This document shows, piece after piece, positions 1 to 13,900 of a DNA stretch of 64,000 nucleotides. The DNA is taken from assembly GCA_046563655.1 (NCBI GenBank), contig CM102285.1:8060001-8124000 (forward strand), given 5' to 3'. The DNA is from Yuukianura sp. NJ FZ-2021. Taxonomy: Eukaryota. Made by a program: the position numbers and the translations under genes. The stretch's first letter is position 1. Each line of letters begins with the position of its first letter. Under the pieces are notes generated by a model, which did no database searches, was not told the DNA's origin, and worked only from the letters and a program-made list of their open reading frames with translations.

Positions 1-3000
1 ACTAATTTTGTACGGACATCCGTTTGATGAAAACACGAAGAAATTCCATGAATTCTTGAAGTAAGATGCTCTGAACAACTTCATATTGCCAGGGAAAATC
101 TTAAAATCGATTTTTGTTTTATTCACTTTAGAACTAAAGCTGATGAGGTTGGTTACATTTTTCGACCATATAAGCCCGGTGTTGGTACCCTCTTGCTGGC
201 AGGCTATGGAGCCGAACTTCAATTCAAGTCAACAGAGTATGTCGCACAAGATGATTCCCAAAAAGTACTCAAGAATTCTGAAGTTGATGGCTTCAACTTT
301 GATCGCCTTCATGAAGTTCATCCCGATTTGAGTGAGAACCTCGAAAAATTCCAGAATTACTTGACTACCGAGAAAGGACGAAAGCGCGGCTTTGAAGCCC
401 TTAAAGCCTGGCAAGTCCAAGAGCTTGGAATACAAGCGTCTCATTACACAACCCTTCAGGACAACGTTCTGCAGTCCCTTATGGACATCTCCGGCAATTT
501 TCCGTCAAGGGCAGGATCACTTAGCTCAATTCGAGTACCAAATGAGTTCAAGAAGTCGATCTCATTCAATCAGAAGTTGCTACAATCTCACTTTAACTTG
601 GACGAAGGAGAGGGGATTTTCTTTCTTCAAGGAAATCAGATAGATCCTGATTCTCTTGATCTATTTACATTTATGGATACACTGCAAGTGGAATTGGACC
701 TTATGGAATCTCTACGCAGCATTTACAGCGACACGCTTCAAACACGAACAAAGTTGAACTCATACTTACGTATTGGGAATCGTGGGACTTCCGATCCAGA
801 TCTGGCGTTGGATCTTCGAGATTCTTCAATCTACTGGATAAATGATTTGGAAAAAGATGAAGAGTACGAGGATTGGCCAGAGGATTTGACTCAACTGTTT
901 TTCAGAATGGGTGGAATAATGCTTCGACCCGTAAGAAGAAATGTTTTCAATCTTCTTCTCTCACTAGACCCCGAAGACATCGAAAATACGGCCGGTGAGC
1001 TTACATGACTCGTTAAATCAACAATGTTATTGTTATTTCCTAGGAGTAACGTTTGTGTTGTCTGGTTTTAGCTCTGCTTAAATTAGCTCAGTCATTCATG
1101 GCTCACAAGGCACCTCTCAGAATTGGAGTTGTGTTTTGCTCGGAATCCAAACCTAATGCTGAGCTGAGTAATTTTATAGACGACGAACCTGAAACAAATC
1201 GAGGCGACGTAATTAGGCGAATTATGAATCATGCCCTGACGGAAGGCAAAATCCGAAAGGCTTATGCATCAATTGTAAACGTAAGTTAACATTCCAAGTA
1301 ATTGCAGCTATTTAGCTATGTATAGCTAAGAATAATGCTTTTTATTTAGTGAGTGTTTAATGTTGTTTCAGGCGTTTGAACGAAGAGACTTTACGAAACT
1401 ACTTAAAACCTTTAATGAAACTGGAGAAGAATTCGATTTTGGCGGAGAGCTTGCGTGTGAGTTTGTCAGAAAGAGTGGTCGGCCTACACCGGGAGCGTTT
1501 CTCAATGGAATTCCACTAAGTAAGTGACCAATTCACTGTTTTAACTGCAATTGCTCCGATGGAATCCGGCGTATAGACAGTGGTGTAAAATGTTTTGTTG
1601 TTGTGTTGTTCCAGAGTGGGAAAGTGTTGACGATTTTGAGGAAATTGTACTTAACCAACTGCTAAGAGAAGCACAAGTCATACAGTCGGAAGCTTACACT
1701 GGAAAGATTCGAGATGGAACTGATATCTTTGAATACATAATGAACAAGCCGCACGTTCAAACTCGACTCAACGAAAAAATTCTTGACACTTCAAACGCCA
1801 AATACGTTCAGTTTGGAAACGAAGTGTGGGAACCGGGCAAGGATCCGAAAAATCCCGCTGCTGCTCTAGCTGCCCATCTTTCTTACCTTGTTCCTCCGAG
1901 TAAGCGATCTTATCCTGTATCTGTCACTAACTGGATCTTGGCTGACATTACAACTCCAGAGGGCCACGCTTTCTTACAAACTGGCATAGAATTTTTACAA
2001 GAATCTGCCACCCACTCTCGCGTTGCATTTATCCCAACTGACAACACGAAATCCACATTCAAATCTTCCGTTGTTTCTGCATTGGCGCAGAATGACCTAA
2101 AGTCTGTGCTGCGTATTCTTCGCAATGAAAAGCACTCTGACCAGAGTGTCACTGAGGTGGAACAGGCTGATCCTCGTGTTACTGAATTCCTGAAATTAAT
2201 TGGATTCTCGAAATCATCAAATGGAATTGTTGTCAATGGAAGGATAATCGGGCCCTTAAGCGCCGGAGAAACGTTTGAGCTTGGAGATTGGGCGCTACTC
2301 GAAAAGTTCTCTTACGACACTTGCGCTAAACATTTCGGTATGTATATTTTCAAAAGAATATTTAAAAATCAAAAACTTAAATTACTTTAAAACATGTTTT
2401 CCATTTAGATGAAGAAGGAACTGGAGATATTCCAATGAGAGTCTGCTCTCTCTTAAGCAGTTCAAAGATTAAGGCCAAGAACTCCAAACGATTTACGCTC
2501 CCAGAATTCGATTCTCCGATTATTGTGAACTCTCCAAAGAACGAAGAATCCGATCCGTTTTATTTGGATATTAAGGCAATCGTCGACCCTGCTTCGCGCC
2601 ATGCGCATAAGATGGCCTCCTTACTAACAGCCACCGTGGACGCCTTGAGCCAATGGGTCAAAGTGGAAATCATCTACAACCCACCTTCAAAACATTCCGA
2701 ACTGCCTCTTAAATCGTACTTCCGATACATTGCTGGAAATAATCCAGCTGAGAAGATTGTTTTCGAACAGATTCCTAGGGAGCCACTTTTTACCCAGAAT
2801 CTGATCGCACCGGATAACTGGATGGTTGAGGTAATTTCAACTTGTTGCTTTTGGTAATGTTTAGTCTTGGAAATGGTTTTTGCTTTGAACTAAGCTCACT
2901 TGCCCCGATATTTGTCGAGTCATTTTTTAGTTTCGTTTGATTTTTTAGGTCGTAAAAGGCGAGAAGGATTTAGACAATATTCGACTTCAAGACTTGGAAG

Positions 3001-5180
3001 GTTCAGTGACCAGTGAATTTGAATTGGCCAATTTGTTGGTCGAAGGCCACTGTCTAGAACTGAAGACAGGTTCACCTCCGAGGGGGCTTCAGTTTACACT
3101 GAACTCAGAAAATGAAGGTGAGGCGCCAAATATAACTGCTATTCTTAAATAATATTTCAAATCTCCAGTTGTGAACTTATAACCATATTATATTGTTTTG
3201 GTTTTTGCAATTTAAGGCGTCAAGCCCGCTGAAACCATCGTGATGGCTAATTTGGGCTACTTTCAACTCAAGGCTCAGCCTGGCGTCTGGCGATTGAATC
3301 TCCGGGAGGGCCCTTCGCGTGACATTTTCTCCATTGAGTCAGCAAATGCTAAACCCATTCTAGTCGACTCGTTTCAATCGGTTGTGGTTAAGGTAAAGGT
3401 GAAGAGGAATCCGGGGAAAGAATCCGTGTCTCTTTTGGAAAGCGAAGAAGAATCTGGCGGTGATTGGTTTTTTAGTAACGAATTTAGTTTTCTTAGTCAT
3501 ATAATTACACGGTAAATAACAAATTCGTTGGGTTTTTCAGGCGGGTGGTTCGGGTTTGGAAACAAGAAGCTCGATGCTGAAGATGATACGATTAACGTCT
3601 TCTCTCTGGCTTCTGGACACTTATACGAACGTCTCTTAAAAATTATGATGCTGAGCGTTATGAAAAATACCAAGTACGTGAACACTCACCTTTCTAAAAG
3701 TTTTTACATTGGTTGGGAGTAGAATGCGCGATTTAAAATGTGTTTAAAATCATTTACAGGTCGAAGGTTAAGTTTTGGTTTCTGAAGAACTATCTCAGCC
3801 CTACAATTAAAGACGTCCTTCCGCATATGGCCAAAAAGTACGGATTCGAGTACGAATTGGTTCAGTATCATTGGCCAAGGTGGCTCAACGCCCAGAGAGA
3901 AAAACAACGAATTATTTGGGTAAAATTGACTTTCAGTTTCGCTTGCTCTTTTGATGTCAAGCGGACGCGGACAAGTTACATTTAGTTATGAATTATATTA
4001 ATTGATTTAATTTAAAATTAACTTTTTTTTTAATAGGGCTACAAAATCCTGTTCCTTGATGTACTATTTCCACTCTCTCTTAAGAAAATTGTTTTTGTGG
4101 ATGCTGATCAAATCGTTCGAACAGATTTGAAGGAGCTGTTTGACTTAGATTTGGAGGGAAATCCTTACGGTTACACTCCATTCTGTGACTCAAGAAAAGA
4201 AATGGATGGCTTCCGTTTTTGGAATCAGGGATATTGGCGGTAAGTTCCTTTTGCTGCATTCTTGGACAAGTACAGTCTGGGGCTCTGGGGAAATTCTTAT
4301 GTTATTTTCCAGTGGAAATGTTTTAAAAATTAGCATGGGCTAAAAAACGTTGCAATTCAAGTTCACTCATTCTCCATTATTTCCTACTCGTTAGCTTAAC
4401 ATTGTCATTTCTTATTCTCAATTACAGAAATCATTTGGGCAGGCGCAAGTATCATATTTCAGCATTGTAAGTTTTGTGATTCCAACTCCAAGGCTTTGGA
4501 ACAAATCATTTTCTTGTAGGCAGTTTAGCAATTTCTTATTTGTTCTGTTCTATTTTCAGGTACGTCGTTGATTTAGTACGATTTCGGAAGGTGGCAGCGG
4601 GAGATCGTCTACGCGGTCAATACCAAGCGTTAAGTCAAGACCCGAATTCTTTGTCCAACCTAGACCAGGTAACAATTGATTTAGAAAAGCATGGGCGAGG
4701 TTCACGAAAATGTTTTCTACGTAGTCACCTACAAATATTAGCTAAGTATTTAAATTGTGTTTTACTTTACAGGATTTACCGAACAATATGATTCATCAAG
4801 TGGGAATTAAAACCTTACCCCAAGAGTGGCTCTGGTGTGAGACATGGTATGCTAACTCGTGAATTCCTTGCCTTCTATCCACACGTTATTATCTAATACT
4901 CTCCGGAAACGCAAAACAGATCGCATTTTTCCTGATATCTTTCCCATTGTTTTAAGTTTGAACTTTGTGGATTCTTAGGTGTGACGATGCAAGTAAAGCC
5001 AAAGCCAAAACAATTGATTTGTGTAACAATCCTCAGACGAAGGAATCAAAATTGGACGCTGCTCAGCGAATAGTGCCTGAATGGAAGGAGTATGACGCTG
5101 AGCTTCGAGAATTTCAAAGTCAACTTCAACGAGAACGATTATTAGGAAAGACAGAGAGCCACGAACGAGATGAATTGTGA
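1..5180 (+). CDS. UGGT: UDP-glucose:glycoprotein glucosyltransferase, multi-exon, 5' end outside window
   Basis: Exons encode [101 protein letters not shown] (GT24 domain); ends HERDEL* (ER retrieval signal) at 5180. Confidence 0.97.
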
Positions 5181-6070
5181 TAAAAATTAACCTAAGGATT
5201 AACTTTTAACTACACTGAGTTTGAGTTCCGTTAAATTTTCGTTGGTCCAAGTAAAACGAATTATTTTGCTGGTACCTTGATTGGATAGCTGGAAAATTTA
5301 ATTTATTTAGGACAGTTTTGCTGGTAGGAATACTGTTCGGAAACTTTATAATAACTGCGATGGGTGTGTCTTTGTATTTATATTTCATTGCAGTAGATAA
5401 CTACTAAATGAAACGTTAATAAAACATCGTCTTGAGCGTTGACTGTCACCCACACGTGAGACAATATGATGCGATTTTGTTTAGAAATTGTAAGAATTTA
5501 AGATTAAAACTGAAATGACTACTACTCCGTCTAGTAACTCGAGTCCAGGTTATCGGCTTTATATTTTGTAACATTTTTTTGTGGTGTGTTTTATTAGAGG
5601 CCTCTTGTGACTGGAGTGTTGTAATTAACATCTAACATGTGACCATCCCCCCTTTTCACTCCAGTCTCACATCACATGTTTAAAAAGTTTACTTGATAAG
5701 TGATAACCTTCAGAAATTGCAATTAGGTAACCCGGTAAGTGGTTCCCATACACACCCTCTGAACGCTCAGATTTAATTTTCAAGTCCAAATTGATCTTAC
5801 GTCATTCATTGCACGAAAAGAAATTGGCAGTGTTGGTTTGATTTTGATTCGTATCCAAAAGGTTTTAAAAAAGGTAAAATTCTATGCAGCGGAGTGCCTC
5901 TCTGCAGCTTATTTATTTGCGATCTTATGGTTGTATTGCTAACTTGATACTATTCTGCTTTTGGCAAACATTTAATCTATTCATCAGTGAACAAATTTAA
6001 TTGATAATTTCATTTGGTTTCAGCACAACGGTGATTCTATAGTATCTACTAAATCTATAGCCAACTGAAG

Positions 6071-8521
6071 ATGCGGTCGCCATCAGTTTCGACGATTTTT
6101 AATGTTTTGCACAAAAATTATGGAGCCCCTGCGTTGGCTACAAGGGCTAGGTATGTTGACATTATAGTCTACGTAAGAAGTATCGTTTTATGGTAATTGC
6201 TACATATAACATTCCCTTTATTCTATTTCAGCCATACATGGTGGACACGAGTAGAGGTAACTAACTTTAATGTTAATGTTAATTAATGTTTAATTACTTC
6301 AATGAAGTGTTTTAGAGTATTTCTTTTCCTAATTGCCGTCGTAACAAGCAGAACCTTTCGCTGAATTTTTAATTTGATTTTGTTAACTTTGTCAATTTAG
6401 ATGGGGCCTCCAGATCCAATTCTCGGAGTCACTGTTGCCTATCAGAAAGACCAAAACCCAAAAAAAATTAACTTGGGAGCCGGTGCTTACCGAGACGACA
6501 ATGGCAAACCATACGTTTTGCCCAGCGTGAGGAAGGTAAATATTGTTAAACGATAATGACAATATGTCGATTGACAGTAAGAATAAGCTAATACGACTAC
6601 GAAGTGGCTAAAATGTTGTTGCCTTACATTTAGGCCGAGGAAATTGTAATTCAAAAGAATTTGGACAAGGAGTACGCTCCAATTAACGGGTTAGCTGACT
6701 TTTGTAAGGGTGCCATTGACTTGGCTTTGGGAGAAAACAATAATTTTTCATCAAACAGCTTGGTAAGTTTTACTTAAAGGACTTGCGCAATGCCTTTGAC
6801 GAGAGATCGACTGACGTTTTCTTTTGAATTCGTAGAACGCCACCGTCCAAGCCATTTCCGGCACTGGAGCACTGCGTATTGGCGGCGCATTTATGGAAAG
6901 GTGGTTTCCAGGAAATAAAGTAATCTACGTCCCTACTCCCACTTGGGGAAACCATATTCCGCTGTTCAAGCACTCTGGATTGGAGCTGAAGCACTACAAG
7001 TACTACGATCCAAAAACGTTTGGATTTGATTTCAGCGGAGCCCTTGACGACATCAAGAAGATTCCCGAAAAATCAATCATCCTGCTTCATGCTTGTGCTC
7101 ATAATCCTACCGGAGTGGATCCAAAACCAGAGCAATGGGCTGAAATGTCCAAATTGATTCGAGACAAACAACTCTTCCCATTTTTCGATATGGCCTACCA
7201 AGGCTTTGCCTCTGGAGACTTCGAAAAGGATGCTTCTGCCCTAAGATTATTTTTGAACGATGGCCATCAAGTCGCACTGTGTCAATCATTTGCCAAGAAC
7301 ATGGGACTTTACGGTACGACGGAAGAACTGAAAAACTTTCCATATCCTTTTAAGCCTCTATATTACACAATGTCTGTTTTTGTTGTCAAAAGTGAATTGG
7401 AATTTTAAGTTTATTGATTCCGATTTCTAGGCGAGAGAGTCGGAGCTTTTACGCTGATTTGCAATTCTAAGCATGAAGCGGAGGCGGTGATGTCGCAATT
7501 GAAAATTATCATTCGTCCTATGTACTCAAGGTAAGATGTCAAAATGTTTCCAGAATTTTATACAGTATTTACCATTCCTTAGTAATAATTCCATTGCATT
7601 TGGAAAAATGGTAAACATAAACATCGGATTGGATGGACGATCTTCCTAAATATAGAAAGAACAGTATCAAAATAGTTATAGTTTTCATTTAGCGATGTGA
7701 ATAGTACTCGCTGAACACGATACGAATCGAAGATTCCGAAACGATCAAACTTGATTAAAAGTCGTTCATATCATGGCATATGGCGACAACATAAAGTTCG
7801 TGGGGTCGAGGAAGGCAGTTGGGTCCAACTTCTATTTTTTTATATAAATCGATTACACAACTAAATATCATAGCCGGTTGACGAATCCCAGCCTAAAGGA
7901 TACGAACCATATCGTACCTATTTTCGTTTTTCGTAGAAATTTCAAGAAACAACCCAATTAGACTCAAAGTAACGGTTCATTTGTACCGTTTCAAGTACAA
8001 TCAGCAGCATCGATTGCCGGTTTCCAATGCCAACTCCATGAAAAACAGTTCTTATATAATTTGGATTCTCTCTTGTCTATTTTCAGCCCGCCAATCCATG
8101 GAGCTAGAATCGCAAATGAGCTGTTGCATAACCCAGCACTCAAGACTCAATGGTGAGACGCAGCAACGAACTCTGAATAGAAAAAGATTTCCTAAAAATA
8201 CACTTCTCAGTTTACTAAATTGTTTTGTTTTCGTTTTTTTTCTCAAGGTTTGGCGAGGTCAAAGGAATGGCTGACCGCGTAATTTCGATGAGAAAACAAC
8301 TGAGAGAGAACTTGGCCAAAGAAGGATCCACGCGCGACTGGTCCCATATCACTGACCAGATTGGAATGTTTTGCTTCACTGGAATGACCCCTGACCAGGT
8401 GGACAAGCTGACCAAGGAACACAGTGTTTACCTCACACGAGATGGCCGTATTGCAATTGTCGGTATCACTTCTGGAAATGTTGAATACCTTGCCCATGCT
8501 ATGCATCAAGTGACAAAATAA
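6071..8521 (+). CDS. GOT2: Mitochondrial aspartate aminotransferase, multi-exon
   Basis: ATG 6071 with basic presequence-like N-terminus, then [59 protein letters not shown]-lysine motif [25 protein letters not shown]; ends AMHQVTK*. Confidence 0.97.
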
Positions 8522-8903
8522 GTCGTCAACAGCATTCACACCTTCTGACCTTTCAAATTCCCCGAAGCCCTTGGCCTCTGACGTCTGGTGACAATCAGGA
8601 TTTCTTTTGACTAAAACTGATAAATGTTGTCCAAGCTTTAACTCGAATTGATGCATTTACTATTTTTTGAGTAGGAGAGGTTACAGCAAATACATATAAA
8701 AAGACACATCCACTATAATTTTCCAGGAGTCGTTTCTATTGTCGATGCATTTGATTAGTTTCATTGTGCACTTTTTGCATTATCATCGAAACATCCCTGG
8801 AATCAGTGTAAACACTGTTGAGTGATGTTCTGTTTATCAACTTCTCAGGTTACTCACTCTATTGATGAAAAATTGGGATTTTTAATCAACATTAGTGTTA
8901 AAA

Positions 8904-10245
8904 TTCTAGGAAATTGTGCAGCTATTTCGCATATTTTCCTGGAATCATTTCCCGAGATCAATAGCACTTTCCTTTTGTTTGCTATTATTGTGCTGCTCCT
9001 GATAGGCGACACGCGTCACGTTACCAATCACTGCTCCTACCTGTAAATTGTTTGTGTTTTTCGAACTTCCTCTCCAGGAAATCCGAAAGGTTTTGAATTC
9101 TGCAGAATCTTGATTCTTGATGGAATTCCCAGAGGAAATCTTTACAAAAACAACGTAACTTAGCAACCGCGGGAGACGCTGAGTTACGACACGTAGGCAA
9201 AAGGAGCAGAATAATAAAGTGAAAACTTTGTCCCGACTTCCGAAGTTTTTGAAACAAGTTCAGTTCTGCCTTTACAAAGTGATCTGAAAGGATCATGATG
9301 TAAGGGTGGACTTTGTTGATGATGGTGGAGGCTTAAGTAGGTCACACTCGTGGCGGCAACTATTGTCGCTTAGTGAAGGCTGTCTAAAGAATCTCTCCTT
9401 TTTTCATCCCACGTTCATGTCGTTTCTAATTTCAACGCGTCAACTAAATGTAACGCAAATCAAGAAAACCAACAACGCCATGTCATAAGATCACACTTCA
9501 CACGGTGTTCGGGAACCAATTTCGCTTTTGGGAGCTTGCGAGGTATTTCCTGTATTTTCTAAAAAGAACTTTTTGAAAACTTTCTCTACCTGCAAAAAAA
9601 TTTCCCCAGCTTGAGATCCGGAACGGGGCCAGGATGAAAATTACAATTTACATGAATCCGGGAAATAAAATAATGTGATGCGATGTTCATGTCGGTGAAA
9701 GATGCGAGAGATACAATCGATAAAAAAGAAACAATGACCTGATGCGGTCGCTAAAGCGTTGCGAAGCGATTGGCGGATTGGCTATCAATTGGAGAATTGG
9801 AGTCTTTGAAGATTCCAATTGAAAAGCGCTTCTAATTAAAGTTACGAAACAAGACACGTATCAGTCAACAACGCCAACTGTGTAAGATACACAATGAGCT
9901 GTTTCTATTTTTGCAAGCCCAGCATGTTTACATCCGATAGCATCATGAAATCGCTGACATCCACGACGTGCTTGTTTTTATTTATTACAGCAAAAAAGCA
10001 AAGGAAGTGAACGTGGTTTAACTGGATGAGTGAAAGCAAGGCTTAAGATACTCTGCTGAATGTAAGAAGCAACAGGCTTTCTTCTTTTTTTGCTTTGAGC
10101 GAATTCTGAGAAATAGTGACGCTTGTTTGAAGTTGTTTCATTGAAACAGAGTGTTGAGGATCTGATATAAGTCATAGTGAGCCAATTCTCGGAATTGAGG
10201 AGGTAGGTACCTTGTACACGGGCACTCCAACCCCAGTTCCTGGAA
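8904..10245. promoter_or_regulatory. Cluster of STAT-binding (GAS, TTCN3GAA) motifs upstream of the STAT gene
   Basis: Perfect TTCNNNGAA at 8904-8912, 8936-8944, 10104-10112, 10137-10145, 10186-10194, 10237-10245, plus a TTCN4GAA at 9098-9107. Confidence 0.65.
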
Positions 10246-10985
10246 GTGTCCCTTCCCCACCATCCCATCTAACAGTATCCTCTCCTTAGCATTGGCAAAC
10301 TAACAGTTTGTAGCTCTCAGAACGTGTTGGCCATCAGTAGAAGTGTCAAGTGGTTAAGTGTCGAGAGGGACAATCGCGTCAAGCAAAAGAAAGAGTGGGG
10401 GGACAGAATTAGTTGTAGTTTGTCTTTTTGGGTTGGTGGTAAACACAAGGTAAGAGATACCACCAATGAATTGAACCACTAGTACTAGCTACTGAAACTA
10501 AACGATGTTGAGCTTCATCGTATTTCATTTTTGGGTGGTCGGTTGTCTCGATTTAACCGTTCTCTCGCGGATGGTTACAGTAGTCCGTAACTTGTTGTAA
10601 CGTCCATTATTGCACATTTCAGTTCAGTCGAGCACGAGACCACTCTATGGAAACACTGAATTCCGTCCGTGTTTCATCATCATTTACGAAGATCAATCAA
10701 GCTCTTATTCTTTTCGTGAGGTAGTCTCTGCACCCGGGTGTATTAACTCAGCCACTCCACCCAACAACGTTAGGACAGAAAATTGGTGCTGATTTGCTCT
10801 GATCGAATCACGCGGATGTTAAATTCTGTATTATTATTGTTATACTCGTTCGCCAATTATCACTGGACTGCGTCGTATGTGTATTCGAGAGAGATCTAAG
10901 TTGAAATCTAAAACGAAAACGAACTCTATTAATACGTGAATTCCTCCATTTTTAAGAATTTTAAGGAACAAATCAGTTTTCCAAA

Positions 10986-13900
10986 ATGTCCATTTGGAAC
11001 AAGGTCCAAACACTGAATCAACCGGCCATACAGAAAATTCATAGCCTATATGGGGAGCACTTCCCAATCGAAGTCAGATATCTTCTGGCTAACTGGATTG
11101 AAGACCGCGTTGGGTTAGTGAATGAATTCTTATTAAAAAGTTACGTAATGTTGAATTGATCACTGTTTCCTGATTTGTACCTTTGCTTAAAATTATAGGA
11201 ATCCAGAAATTGATCCAGACAATCCCAGTCATGAACAGTATATTTTACACTTCTTAGAAGCTCTTGTAAAAGAAATTGAACTCAAGGCCAATGCAATGAT
11301 TAATGAGGACCCTTATTTTCTTCGGATCAAACTATTGGGTGCTGTGCCAAAGTTCAAAGTAAGGTTCATATATTAATGCGTCTTTTTAATGGTAGGTAGA
11401 TTTGTAACAATTCAACTGATTCATTTGCAGCAACAATACTCGCATGATCCAGTCTCACTCTTCCGATTTCTTCGTCACTGTCTCAACGTTGAGTTAACCT
11501 GCGTTAATCAGCAGGAGGTTGGTGGACTCATTTCGCAGCAACAGGACGATGCTTCAGTAGAAATCAATGAAAAACTGAGCCAAATTCAGACAAAAACACG
11601 AGAGACGGCTGATTTACTGCGTCGGATGGAACAAGAGCAAGAAGCATTTGCTATCAAATGTCACGATCGTCAAAAACTGGAAGGTAAATTAAATTATTAA
11701 GTTCAGTTTAAACTAATTAACTACTTCTCGAAATCTGGATCCTTCCTTTTACTAACAAGGATATCTCATGATTTTGTTTAGGTATAATCCACATTCATCG
11801 AATGCAAACTGGCACAGCCCCTCCTACTCAGCAGACGATCACATTCGAACGAAATTTTTCTCAGCAGAAAGAACGATTGGAGGCAGAATTGAAGCAGAAG
11901 ATTACGGATTTGATGCGAATAAAAACCGAGTTAGAAGAAAAGATTACTGCGACGGTGAAGGATTTGAGTATGCTTCAAGCCAAAGTGCTTGATGACGAAC
12001 TTACAAGATGGAAACGAGAACAGCAGTTGGCAGGAAATGGTGCTCCTCTCAACAATAACTTGGATACCTTGCAGTCATGGTGCGAAGATTTAGCCGAACT
12101 CATTTGGCACAACAGGCATCAACTCAAGGAAGTTGAGAGGTTGAGGCAAAGTGTCCCGCTTGTTGGACAGGCTCAAGCCTGCGATGGACGTTTGGCTGTT
12201 TTGAGTGAAAAGGTCAGAGTTCAAATAGAATATTAAGCTTTAATTGTTTGTTATTATGCAGCGTTTCAATTCTTATGATGCTCTAGGTCACTCAACTGTT
12301 GTCGTCTCTGGTGACCTCAACATTCATCGTGGAGAAGCAACCACCACAAGTGATGAAAACGAACACACGGTTTATTTCAACCGTCCGGCTTCTTGTTGGA
12401 GGAAGACTAAAGTACGTGTTAAAATCCTCCTTATAAGCATTTCTTGTTATTTTTAATTGTTCTGTGCTATTTTTATCAGCGTCCATATGACACCGCCACA
12501 AGTCAAAGTTGCTATCATCAGTGAAGCTCAAGCTAACAGTTTACTCAGGAACGACAAAGGGGATAAGGCAGGCGACACCAGCGGAGAAATCTTGAACAAC
12601 ACGGGAACCATGGAGTATCATCAGGGAACCCGACACCTATCGGTCCACTTCCGGTGAGTTGTTAAATGTTAGCTTAAAATACGTGTACCAATCATTGAAT
12701 CGTACAACCCTGTGGGATGTATCGGTGTAGCAAAGATTTTAACTTAATCCACTCTGGTTGCGATGCTGATGCTCACCGGGGCAAAGCTCACATTTACGAA
12801 ACAGTATATGTTTCTTTAATTAACGTCCATAGGAGGCACAAAATACAAACATCATTAATTTTTGTGTCTATGTTAACTTCGCCTGACTCCATTTCACTAA
12901 TGATCATTACCCTAATTTGTCCCTTGCTTTTTATTTTTAGAAACATGCAACTAAAACGAATCAAGAGAGCAGAAAAGAAGGGCACAGAATCCGTTATGGA
13001 TGAAAAGTTTTGTCTCCATTTCCAGTGTCAATTTACAGTGGGAGAAAAGGAGCTCATTTTTAAGATTTGGACGCTGTCTCTGCCGGTTGTCGTAATTGTT
13101 CATGGAAATCAAGAACCTCATGCATGGGCAACGGTAACGTGGGACAATGCTTTTGGTGAACCTGGACGAATGCCATTTCAAGTCCCGGAGAGAGTGGTTT
13201 GGTATCGAGTGGCCCAAGCTCTCAATGTCAAATTTAAATCAATGACTGGAAGAGCTCTTACAGATGACAATCTTCGATTCTTGGCGGAGAAGGGTTTCAG
13301 GTAAACATTGTCGTCTATTTATGAAAGGCATTGATTGCTTTAGCTTCGCATCACCTGTGCAATCGAACTCTTGATTTATTTTGTAATTTTTCGCTGTACT
13401 CTTTAGAACTCCGGCACATCAGGACGCATTGACTTGGTCACAGTTTTGCAAGGAGCCACTTCCGGACAAGAACTTTACATTTTGGGAATGGTTTTACGCT
13501 ATTATGAAGGTGAAAGAATTGACATACATAAGTCGCCACTAATACCACAACATGCCATTTATGAGTTACTAAGAAAGTGGGGTGTCTCTTTGTAGTTGAC
13601 ACGAGAGCATCTCCGTGGTCCTTGGGTCGATGGATCCATCATTGGCTTTGTTGGAAGACAGAAAGCGGAGGAGCTGTTGAACCAATGCAACCCCGGAACA
13701 TTTCTACTTCGATTCAGCGATTCCGAATTGGGCGGAGTCACCATTGCTTGGATTCATACTGGTAACGTCCACTTCGGAACTTTTAGTCTTCTACTTAAAA
13801 CATTTACTTCAAGGATAGTATAGTCGCATTTTACATCTATCTTCCATTTACAGATCAGAAGGTATTCAGCTTAGCGCCGTTCACTGGAAAGGATTTAGCG

